Of a stretch of DNA of 64,000 nt, positions 53,186 through 64,000 are shown piece after piece. The first letter of the stretch is position 1. The number at the start of each line of letters is the position of its first letter. Where the stretch lies: positions 124,001 through 188,000 of the forward strand of contig CAJFCJ010000022.1 of the NCBI GenBank assembly GCA_904063045.1, given 5' to 3'. The stretch is from Dimorphilus gyrociliatus (lineage: Eukaryota > Animalia > Annelida). A program made the translations under genes and the position numbers. The notes beneath the pieces were generated by a model. That model saw only the letters and a program-made list of their open reading frames with translations. It searched no databases and was not told the DNA's origin.

Positions 53186-53200
53186 CACACACACACATGC

Positions 53201-53246
<46 letters not shown>

Positions 53247-53254
53247 GTACACAC
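53186..53254. repeat. (CA)n microsatellite
   Basis: About 70 nt of near-pure CA repeat. Confidence 0.95.
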
Positions 53255-53392
53255 TTAGCTTAGGCCTGTCTATGCTTTTCTGGGCGGAGATGAAGAATGG
53301 AATCATTATTAAGAGTTTATCGATAGATGTCTCTGACATCGGCTTATGTTTTTATACTTTTGTATTAAATCACAATTTATTTTATAATTCAT

Positions 53393-55541
53393 TCACACAT
53401 TATTATCATCATCATTAAACAATCGCTTAACTAGTGCTACACGAGACTTTTGTACAAGTTGAATAGGCTGATTGAAATTTGCGGGATCTGGAATAGAAAA
53501 AAAAGGAAAAGGCAGGTAAAAACGGAGCAAGTATTTATACAATAGAAAAGAAAAGAAAGAAAGGATAAAAAGTAACGTTTAATACATTTGTAAATACATT
53601 TATGAATGAAATATGCATTAAATTTGGTGTAATTTTTAGATGGAAAATAGAAATGGATCTAAATAATATAATTATTATTATAGTTACATTATTTAAGAAT
53701 ACGTTACCGTTTCTATTATGATCTCTATAAAATCTAAATGAGCTTGTAAAATCTATCAATCTGTTGTGTAAATCTTTACAACGTCCAACTGGAGATGATG
53801 CCTTTTTAACGCTTGATCGAAATTCTCCAGTTCTTTCCATTTCTTTTACAAGAACAGTCATCATTTCTTTGACGTAATCGAATCTAAATAATAAATAATT
53901 CATATTAAGTATATTCATGAAAATTCCTTAAATATACAACAACCTTCCTCCAGACATTCCTAATAATTCGTCAACGCACTTTTGAACTATCCTTTCATCC
54001 GAGCAAGCATGCGTAGGAATATCTCTGTCGTGTTCTCCAGCCAAGAGCGCTCCAACAACCCCCGAAACGTAAATTTCCAAATCATTTACGTGTTTAGATA
54101 AGTAATATCTTTCGTGTAATATTACTATTTCACTACCATGATCACAACTGTTAGAGAACTGTCTTCCGTAGCGAGTATCTACTGTTAAAATAAGGCCTAT
54201 ACAAGGAGGAAGTTCACAAACAAACTTTGCAATAAATTCTTTAATTTCAAATTTTAACGCATTTTCCGGCGAATCTATAACAACGATATTCTTTGGTTGT
54301 CTGTCAAAGCCAAATGTCAACTCTAATGGTTGCTTTAAAAGAATTTCAAAATCTTCGCACCAGTTTCCACACGACTTTAAATCTTTGGTGTTCGTTCGAA
54401 ATTTTAATGATGCTAATCTTAGTTGATTAAAAATTGATACTATTAGTTCGCTGATTGAAGAATTGTTTATTCTTTCAACTTTATGAATAGCCAATATTGA
54501 ATATGGAATTAAATTGTATAAGACTGAACATATTGCAGTTTTACCAGATCCCTCTTTACCAGATATCAGCATTAATTTTTTACTTGTTCTTGACCATTTC
54601 ACTACAAGGTCAACAATCCATCTTCTAGTTCCCGGATGAACGTGGTGTTCTAATAAAAACATTGTTTCGGAATTTTGTCCATCATCTGTTGGAAATTGGG
54701 ACACATAGGATTGAAAATCTTTGAAAATCTCTTCCCAAAGTTTGAATTCTAATTCTTTCAAATAGTCATCAATCTCTTCAAATTCTTCACTGATCTTCTC
54801 GAAAAGGGCGTAGGATATTGCCAATCGAACCCCGTGAAGTTCTCTTAAACATTTTACAACTACATCCAAAGAAATGGTACCTTTGTTCTTCTTTAGGCAA
54901 TGAAAAATATGATTAATTTTCAATAGAGCTTCGTCGCATCCCTTTATAGAAAGTTGCGAATAGAAACCACAAGATAATATATAATCCGACAGATCGCATT
55001 CCAACTGTGATAACTTCTTATTGTTTGGACTCTGATCCAACGCCTTATTTATTGCATTTAATAATATAGGGAATGATTGCACAAAGAGAGGTTCTCTTAG
55101 GTCCTTTTTTTCTATTCTCATACATATTTCAATGTTGAAATAACGTTCTAGATCATTTAACGTTTGCCTTAACTTTAGTTCATTGTCAACTTTGTTTCGA
55201 ATATCATCCAGCAGCTATGTCAAATAAAAGTAATCATTAACATTCAAAAAAAAAGAAAATATACTGCGCATGCGTAAAGAAATAGTATATACTGTATATA
55301 CAGTATATATCTACACTATTTTTTGTTTAATTTTAATACTGCACAACATATGTTAAGTAATGATATATTCGAGACTTGTGAACAAAATGTATATACATTA
55401 AATACGATATAGACACAATTACATATAAAACTGTAAACTGATGTTAAAACGATTAATTACCTTTAATCCATTACATAGATTTTGACCCCAAGCAATAGGT
55501 GAATCTTGAAAAAATGGTATCATAAAAGATGTCGTATCCAT
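53393..55541 (-). CDS. NACHT/NPHP3_N-like STAND P-loop protein without C-terminal repeats; 4 exons
   Basis: HPGTRRWIVDLVVKW..LMLISGKEGSGKTAICSVL (Walker A), LIVSIFNQL, FEILLKQPL and IVVIDSPE (Walker B-like). Exons 55541-55461, ~55216-53951, ~53883-53708 and ~53488-53393 join in phase. Confidence 0.7.
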
Positions 55542-56419
55542 AGCAATATTTATGTCCAAGTTGTTGTCGTTGTCGATGTTGTTTTTGTTGTTATTTTAAA
55601 TTGCTTTAATATGGAAATAAGAGAGATAATTTCTATATTTTTAGTTCTTTCTACTATTAATAACTTTATATTTTAATATTAAAAATTTAATTCATTCATA
55701 ATTGAATACTTTATAATATTCTATTCTTAGTTTTGAAAAATCTCATTCAATTCTCTCTTTCTCTCTCTCTCTTCCCCACTCTCTTTCTATTCACTTATCG
55801 AATTTACAATACGATTGTACTCTGAATGATTTTTTTTCCTCTTCTTTGTCGTCGTCTTCCTTTAAAAGTACAAGGGCATTAGCGACGATGTCGACGACAA
55901 CAGCATAGAAGAAGAAGAAGGAGAAGGAGAACAGTTTATAAATTGTTTTTAAAGAGAGAATATAGACAAAAAAAATAAGCTAACCTGGATGAAAGGAATT
56001 TTTTACTGTACAGAATTTATAGTAATTTTAATTTATTGTAAATATATCAGATAACAGATGGTAAAAAACCTAGTTTATATATTCAATTATCTGAAAGATG
56101 GCGTTAGAGTTGTAAATACGGAATATGACTGAATATTTATTTTGTAATTATCTTTAATTAAGCATGAAATGTTCATGAACTAATAAATTGCTTTTACTTT
56201 GAAGTTTTGCTTAAATTAGCTTCAAGTTTTTTTTAAATATTTCTTCAAAAGCGGCATTTTCACTCCAACCGATTATTGATGAAAAAGACACTGAAAATCC
56301 AATATCAGTGAATACAATTGCCAGTATTATTTGAAAGAGTCCTAATTATTAGTATTACCAGATATTTTACTCTGAAAGATCCATAGCAAAAGGCTAACGA
56401 TTAGAAATTAAACCTGACG

Positions 56420-57064
56420 ATGTACAATCACGGCTATTTTTTAAATTTTCTTATCGTTTTCAACGGATTAATCATTGAAAAAATACATGGGAATGTAACA
56501 GAATCTACTGAAACGTGTTAGTATTTTTCCTTTCTTAAATTTAAACATTCTAATTATTTTCTCATTGAAGCTGAACATAAAGTTTTTCAACTGGAATGTA
56601 CAGAATCTAAGAAATACATAGCTATATTAGAAGCTCATTACTTTTCAGATAGTTGTAATAAGAAAGATGTAACAAATTCGATCCAAATGTATTGTGAAAA
56701 CCAAAAGAAATGTAATTTCGAAGTAAACAATGGACTTTTTGGCGATCCCTGCGTAGGTTATTTAAAAAAGTTAAAGGTACAATATTATTGCGGAGTATCA
56801 ACGATACAATATATTAAAGATACGAAACTAAAGGCCAATGTAAATTGGGATAAATATGAAGAATCAAATTTTTTCAAGTGCTTTTCAAAATTCAAAGATA
56901 TTGACAACGACACTAAAAATTTGATCTTGTCAACAAACTACAAAGATATATGTTTTATTTATTCTTCAGATGATGAGCAATTATCACAAACTTACTTAGA
57001 ATCAAGTTTAAGCTTTGATACATTTGTTAAAAAAACTAATTTTCCTCTACAAAATATATGCTAA
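56420..57064 (+). CDS. Secreted SUEL/rhamnose-binding-lectin-domain protein with a C-terminal PAN/apple-like segment; 2 exons
   Basis: Signal-like MYNHGYFLNFLIVFNGLII, then LECTESKKYIAILEAHY..C..CENQKKCNFEVNNGLFGDPCVGYLKKLKVQYYC. Confidence 0.72.
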
Positions 57065-57315
57065 CCGCTTAACCATTAAATATTATCGACTTTAATTATT
57101 CATAATTTCATATTAGGGAACTTAAAATATGAGTTTAATAAATAATGATTATTATTACCGTGGTATTTAATTGTATAGTACCTTTGTCTTTTATTCAAGA
57201 GCTTTTGAATTGCGGTTGAAAAATAACATATATTTAAATTTTTCGCGACAAAATATAAATGTAACATTACATTTTTGTTGCAATTCACAATTATTTTTCG
57301 CTGAAAGAAGACAAG

Positions 57316-58019
57316 ATGAAACTATTCATGTTATTAAAATGTTCCATATTTTCTGTGATTATTTATTGTAGTTCGGGTAGATATTTCAAACATTTCCTTC
57401 TATTTTCTCTTTAATTTATATAATTATTAATAATTTTTTGTTTACTTTAGTGTTTAATTACATTCAACTAAACAGTTGTATGAACGAAACAACGCAAATA
57501 CGGTGTAAACAAGGCAACTCCATCAGAATTTTAACTGTTCATTATGGCAGGGTAAATAACTCTCTATGCAATTGCTCATCATCTTTACTTGAGTGTCAAA
57601 TGTGTTTGAATGATATTAGCATAATGGAACTGAATAAACAAAAGCTAATGGATCATTGTAAGAAATACTCTCCCGATTATTGTATGATAAACATAACGAA
57701 TGAGAATTTAGAATGGTCTCATAACTGTACAAGCACCAATAACTTTCTTTCTATTGAATATGACTGTACAGTATACTTTAAAGTAAGAAAGCAGAAAATG
57801 CTTAAATTCAACTTTGTATCATTTACAATGTATGGAAATTATTCGCATTGTTTAAGGGAATTGAATAAAAAAAATTATAGAGCTATGGCTATGAGTACTC
57901 AACATAACATCTGTAAATTATACTACCTAACCAACTCTTCGATAGAGGGTGAAATCTTTGATCATAGTGAATTTGATTTATACACTCCTGTACCTTATTT
58001 ATCCAACTGCAAAAATTAA
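57316..58019 (+). CDS. Second, diverged secreted SUEL-lectin-like protein with a PAN/apple-like tail; 2 exons
   Basis: Signal MKLFMLLKCSIFSVIIYCSS, then CMNETTQIRCKQGNSIRILTVHYGRVNNSLC...C..FLSIEYDC, and tail HCLREL..AMAM..NICKLY. Confidence 0.65.
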
Positions 58020-58288
58020 GAGAGTTTCGTCTCAATACCTCATCATTTATTTCATTTACTATATATTTACTTTGGATAATCAAGCAGTATCGACTCTTCT
58101 GGAAAATTTTATGTATTTACTTTATTTATAAGTAAAAAACGTCTTGAAAGAAACTATTAACAATAAAATAACATTGAATTGCATATTTTTAGGCATGATC
58201 AATTTATATATAAAAACGTCTTAAAATAAGACATAGACACAATAGACACAATACAATTGGTGCATATTCTTTGCATTTACTCATCGCA

Positions 58289-61200
58289 TTACCATATTCT
58301 ACCATCAGCGTAGGCTGGATGGGCCAATCTATAGGCGTGTCTTTCCTGACTCTCTCTATATGATCTTTGAATTAGGTCTCTATGTTCTTTATCCAGCTTT
58401 ATTTGCTCTAATTTACGTCTTTCAATTTCTTCCTCGGCTTTCTTTGTTAAATGATTTATGTCTTCTATATTCGTTAAAGTGACATCTAATGAGCCAATCT
58501 TTATTGATTCGTTCCTTATTTTTGCTTTTCCCGAATGATACCACTTCATAGCTTCACTGACGTCTTTTTGATCTTTTAATAGAATCCAACTAGCACCTTT
58601 TAATAGTTAATAGGGATTTTTTAGTGTTTACCTACAATTTTAAAATTCTATTATATTGACTTGTACCTGTAGAACTTTTTGAAATTTGATCTATACACAT
58701 AAAAATCTCAACTACATTACAGTTTGCGTCAGCTTCTAAAGCATCTTCGATAGTTCTAACAGTAGCACTAGCAGGTACGTTTGATACGAAAATAGTTCTT
58801 TCTAAATTACTCGGAATTTGTAACCAAGCGGGAGAAGATTTTGCTGCATCATTAATAATTTTCCATTCATCTTGAGTAATCATACATTTGGAATTATCTG
58901 CGTGAGGAAGAATAAAAAATATTTTATTTTTTTCTCTCCTTTATGGATCTGTATAGCTTCATTTGAAAACTCACCATATCCTCGTAAATAGACGCAAATA
59001 GAACAAATATCGTTAAAGTTTAGGCTTAAACATCGTTCATTCTTGTAGTCGGTTTGAATAGCTTGGCAATTTAAAAGTGAACATTTTTCATTGGTAAAAC
59101 CCCCTAATCCAGTCATTTTAATGAAAAATTCTTTACTCTTAAACGAATTACTATCTTCTTCTAGTTTGATATCTAAAAGTATCGGGCTTTCAGTTACATA
59201 TATGTGTGCATGTATATAGGCTTTCCATACCTATGGCTGTTGCCAAATCGTCATACAATCTTTCAATTTCATCTTCATCAAACGAAACGCATTGATCGGC
59301 AATATTCAAATGTTTTAAAGAAGTCTTATTCAAGCATAGTATCAAATTTTGTAGCCCTTCGATTTCTAAAGTTTATGTCGGTTAATTCAATTATTTACGG
59401 TCATTAGTCTCTTTCACGTAGTATTCCAGATAAATAATTTATTTACCTATTTGATTGTTAGATATATTGATAGTCTCGATTGATACTGTTTTCTCAGTAA
59501 GAGCGTTTGCAAGAGCCGTAGCTCCATCTGTAGGGATCTGGAAAGAGAAAGAGAACGAAAAGGTAGTTAAAACGTAATATAACAGCGAGATTTCTGCTAA
59601 AAAGTTTTTTATTCTAACCTCATTAATTGACAGATCGAGTAGACGTAGTTGTTTAGAGCAAAGTAGAGGAGCTGTATCCTTTAATCTGTTTGCTGATAAT
59701 TTTATCATCTGTAAACTCTTCAGGGATCCGCTTTTAAGGCAATTTCCAATTGAGACGATATCTTTGTCAGTCAATGAGCAATTACTTAAACTAATTGCTT
59801 CCAAATTCACACCATTTTCTTTTAAGTAAATAAATAAATAGGAATGATTTATTAGCGAAAATTTACAATAATTATAGATAGTTTACTTGCTAAGTTTTCA
59901 ACAATGGTTGAATTTGAAAGTTTGTTACCGTCTAGAATTAATTTAACAAGTGATAAACTTGGTAATTTCTTTAAAAGATTATTTAAATATAATCGCAAAT
60001 AACTTTAGAGTTCATTGAATAGCTTACTTGAAGAAATTTAGTAAAATACTTTTCTTTACCAATACTAGAGTTTCTTATATTTAAATATTTCAATTTTGGC
60101 ATATATGATATATATTCTTCTAATTTATCACAATCAGCCCAGTTCCAGTTTGTTAGTTTGTCAACATTTCCTATAAAAAGTTAAAATTAATGAGTTAATT
60201 TATCTTTTTAATAAATTGTATAGCTGAGGTAAAAAATGATAAATTAATAACCAATCATTGAATAAAATTCAATAAAATCTATTAATTTTAAGTCTGTCGA
60301 CGATAATTTAATTTCTCTTAGATTGTTCAAACATTCTCTATTCCAGTTGTATAATGATTGAAATACTGAAATATGCAATTTCGTTCCGAGAAGGCTTAAC
60401 GTTTCAATTGTAGATCCCTTGGAAATTTTGTATTCTAAAATGAAAACATTCTTTAACGTCTTATTAACTTTCTAGCATAAAAGAATGAATTTTAACAAAC
60501 TTGGAGTAGAAGCTCCATCTGTAGAATTAATTTTCATATTTTCAATAAAAAAATCTCTTAATCGAGGATGAGAAAGAGAAATCGCCAATAAAAGGGCCAA
60601 ATCCGTATAGTTTTCCAACTTATTATATAAACAAGAGGTACATAGAATTAAAAATTAGATAAAGAATTTGTGTAATTGAACTAAATCTTCTCACCTGATT
60701 CGCAGACATATTCAAGTATTCTAAACCCTTATTATCCTTTAAACCTTCAATTAGTATTTTCATTTCATTAGAACTCAAATCACAGCCTTTCAACGATAAA
60801 ACTTTTAAGGAACAGAAATCCGATTGCATCCATTCAGTTAAATTTTTAGCAAATTCCGTACAGTTACGATTTAATTGATTATAATTGAATATAACTTCAG
60901 TTAATGATCGATTACATTTGATTCCTTTAGACATTTCAGACATATCAACGTGACCAATCGATTCGCATCTATTCGTGTTGAAATAATTAATAAGAGATTT
61001 GATTTGCTCTCTCTCTCTCTCTCTCTGTCTCTCTCACTCTTTGATTTATTTAAACTAATTTTAATATAAACACATAAAATATTTCTAACCTTAGAATCTC
61101 AAGGGTAACGTTCTTCTTTAATTGATCAGATGAACATCTCGAAAAGAAATCTTTGCCTAATACATTATCAGAGATATCTAAACTTTTTATGGTTTTATTG

Positions 61201-62012
61201 CAGTCGATTAAATCTGCAATACATTTCTGTAAAAGGAAACAAAAGAAGACAAAGAGTTAAAAACAAATGGAAAAAATTTTTCTTTTTAGCTTACAGCCGT
61301 ATCCGTATCGGTCTTATTATTTGCCATATTAAAAATTTCAACCGTACGATTATTACGTAAGCAAATAAGTAGTAATCGGCAGGACGGTGGTGCTAAATTA
61401 TTATTAGACACATCAAGAAGTTTTACGTGGGAAATCCTTGCTAATACAGACATCAGCGAAATGTTGTTTGGTAACGCTTGTTTCATTATAAACTCTGTTA
61501 CATTTTTGTTACATTTTTCCAATAAGCTTTCCTTCTTCATTGCTCTCGATGCATATCTTATTTATTATTTAAATCAAATTTAATCATCTTTTTGAAAGGA
61601 TCCTCAATGAGTAATATACTAACTTTAGAGCCAATTGAAAAGATTCCTGATCCATGTCGATATAATTTTGAATAGATTCTGTAATAAAAACTTTTTCTAT
61701 TAAATTATTTATATTTTCTTATTCTCCAAGCAATCAACCTTCAGTTTGACCTTGTTTTATTTCTAACTCTTCCCTTCTAGATTGATTTTCTTCCAACAGT
61801 AGTTCTTCTTCTTTATTCTCAATCGAATTCTCTAAATGTTTACTATCCTCAATTGAGTTTTTATCTATTGTTCTCCTACTTAAAATGTTCTGTGACGTTT
61901 GACAATTTATTCTATTTTGTTTAGAATTCTCCTCTCTATCCAATTCTTTTTCAGGCGAAATCTTTTTATAATGTCTTTCTTCTTCTTTCAGCGTTGACCC
62001 TCCACAGCCCAT
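58289..62012 (-). CDS. N-myristoylation-signal + RI-type LRR array + RRM-like domain + coiled-coil protein (one multi-exon gene)
   Basis: ATG 62012 gives MGCGGS. LRRs include VKLLDVSNNNL, IKSLDISDNVL, LKVLSLKGCDL, LEYLNMSANQL, LEAISLSNCSL, LRLLDLSINE and IETINISNNQI. In-phase splicing continues through LKHLNIADQ into TIFVSNVP (RNP2), STG|ASWILL (RNP1-like) and EEEIERRKLEQ..HPAYADGRIW*. A few internal exons were not traced base by base. Confidence 0.75.
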
Positions 62013-63853
62013 CAATTGGTAAAAATATCCAATATATGCTGTTTAAGGCAATTCTTTACGCAAAAAAAAACAGACGAAAATCCTTGCCTTTTTTTTGCTA
62101 TTTCAATTGTGTTTACGTTGGAAACCGTGGAATAGGCTTACATTTTATTGATCAAAATTTGTGTTTCCATTAGAGATCAATATTATTTGTATTTAAATAA
62201 CCGTCTGCTATTTTTTTTAATCCTAAATATATGCATACCAATGTACTAAAAATACAGTGTACAGTGTAAATATAAAGCATGTATCACCTCATCAGGTATG
62301 ACCTTCCCCAGCTTTCTCACTCGACAAAAACACTCAGGTCTAAACGCCACTACAATAATATTTGCTTTATTCTTTTTAAAATATGATTTATAAAGATATA
62401 ATTATAAAAAGGAACAGAGAGTAAATAGTCCTAAAGTTGATAATCAACTTTCTAGAAGGAGAGGGAAAGGGGAAAGGGGGATGGGGGAGAAAGGAGAGTA
62501 TTTTTTTTCTCATTAGTAAATTCTTTTCCTCTTTTTAGTCTACGAATATGGGTTAATAAAAAAAGCTTTTTCACCTTAAATAATTAGAAATATGGCATTA
62601 CTATAGGTATAAAAAGCTTTTATAGTTGGATTATGAACAGCCTATTTGCCTAATAAGACACAACTAAATGAATAAATATGACAGAAATTGATACTTTGAG
62701 GAAGAGTCTTGAATTTGATTTGCATAAAATTCTTTATTAATTCACTTACAAGTAATTTCTACATTTTTTATACAATATATAGAATATACTTGAATATATA
62801 ATCATAAATATACGAATTGATCGTATTTTATTTATAATGTTTTTATTAAGAGAGAAAGAGGAGAAGAAGGAATTCTCTCTCTAAATTCTTTAGAAAAGTT
62901 TCATTTAAGAATAGGTAGAAGGCAAACGTGTCTCTCTACAATGATAAGATAAGAAAGGGTAAAGAGAAAAATATGTTAATAACAAGCCTTATTAGAAATA
63001 TCTCATAGATATAAGAGAGTATAATAATATCCTTTTTTTTGCTGCCCTTCGCTTTGCCACGAGAAAAAAGGAACATATTGTTATTGGTTGTATTTATCTA
63101 TGCAGTATGTATTTCATAATCTATTAAATAGTGTTAAAAACGCTATCTATTTGTGTAAATAAAGATATATATATATATATTAATTATTTAACTAGTTCAA
63201 ATCCTTAGTTTTATCTTGACATATTCAAACTCATTTGATTATCGATAGGGTTTATAAAGAAATATTTTCAGTTTTCGATTCCATTTTATCATATTTTTTT
63301 TAGGCTTTTCCCTTCTAAAATTTTTTAATAATACTCTTGTAGTTCTTCTATTCAATTTTCAATATAAACTTCTAATAAACCATACTTTTGAACGCTTATA
63401 ACAAAAAAAAATACAAACTAAAAAAGACAGATATTACATTAGAAAATGCTGTGTAAAAATTTAATTGACAATACTTAAACAGTCGTTTCAGTTGAACAGT
63501 CTTATTTCAGTTTCTCATCAGTTTATGTGGAAGAGTAGTAATGGTAGCGAAGAAGAAGTAGTTGTAGTGGGAGGAAGAAGAGAAGGAGCAGTAGGAAGAG
63601 GAGGACAACTTCAAAAATGAGGAGAGTGTTGAGTAAAAAATTAAAATGTAGATATATACAGAAAGAGGGAGAGAGAGAGAGAGAGAGGGATGAACTGGTA
63701 GATAGAGATAGTTGACCACAAATATTATATGAATAAACTAAAAAGACGCCAGACTAAACAAAGATACATTAGCGCTAATCCAAAATGAAACTTTAACACC
63801 AACATGATATTCGTTTTTCGTGAAAGATTTGAAATACTTTTTGGATTCCTCCA

Positions 63854-64000
63854 TCATGCATTGTACGGTTCCGGTAATTGTTCTTTGCAGGTTAATATTC
63901 CCAAAATAAACTTGATCCCTTTCCTAAAATCATCATCAAGTGTTATGTAAACAACAAACTTCCATAGACAATTACCAATAGCCAACCACATTAAGTAAAA
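63854..64000 (-). CDS. 3' end (TM7 + helix 8) of a class A GPCR continuing beyond the window, GPR21/GPR52-like
   Basis: The reverse strand reads FYLMWLAIGNCLWKFVVYITLDDDFRKGIKFILGILTCKEQLPEPYNA*. Confidence 0.6.
   Translation of the reverse strand, partial: FYLMWLAIGNCLWKFVVYITLDDDFRKGIKFILGILTCKEQLPEPYNA

Noticed and set aside
52021-53418. ORFs with HTHTHT, CVCVCV or REGREG runs
   Set aside because: These are translations of (CA)n, (TA)n and purine-rich simple repeats.
55265-55274. NRF1-like palindrome TGCGCATGCG in intron 1 of the NACHT-like gene
   Set aside because: It is a single short motif with no supporting context, too weak to call.
63507-63719. Ser/Leu-rich minus-strand ORF
   Set aside because: It is low-complexity CT/CTT repeat in the likely 3' UTR of the terminal GPCR.
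1-64000. CRISPR arrays, rRNA, tRNA, intact transposons or prokaryotic operons
   Set aside because: None was seen. The DNA is spliceosomal-intron-rich eukaryotic sequence, and the only regular repeat is the EGF exon unit, which has no unique spacers.

Overview
AT-rich, gene-dense eukaryotic (metazoan) DNA with mostly 55-90 nt GT-AG introns. It is not prokaryotic, and the ORF track fragments most genes. Gene content and compactness suggest a small-genome lophotrochozoan, such as a miniature annelid like Dimorphilus (inference only). I reconstructed about 20 genes by hand-splicing: a VWA-EGF gene and an EGF gene sharing an unusual three-finger-like + 8-Cys C-terminal module; THOC2, whose ~11.4 kb intron hosts two antisense GPCR genes (a 5-HT2-like receptor and a motif-degenerate paralog); a KLHDC1/2-like kelch gene; a divergent intron-containing histone H3 variant; PTTG1IP; a prostanoid-like GPCR; a ~27-ankyrin-repeat protein; a Tctex1-domain light chain; a THAP gene that looks like a truncated, domesticated P-element transposase; two C2H2 zinc-finger paralogs with a shared unnamed N-terminal domain; a Kir channel; a sensor-less NACHT/STAND-like ATPase; two SUEL-lectin genes; a lipidation-signal/LRR/RRM fusion gene; and the 3' end of another GPCR. 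The most interesting items are the P-element-derived neogene, the H3 variant, the degenerate nested GPCR and the LRR-RRM protein. Exon boundaries were read by eye and no database searches were run.
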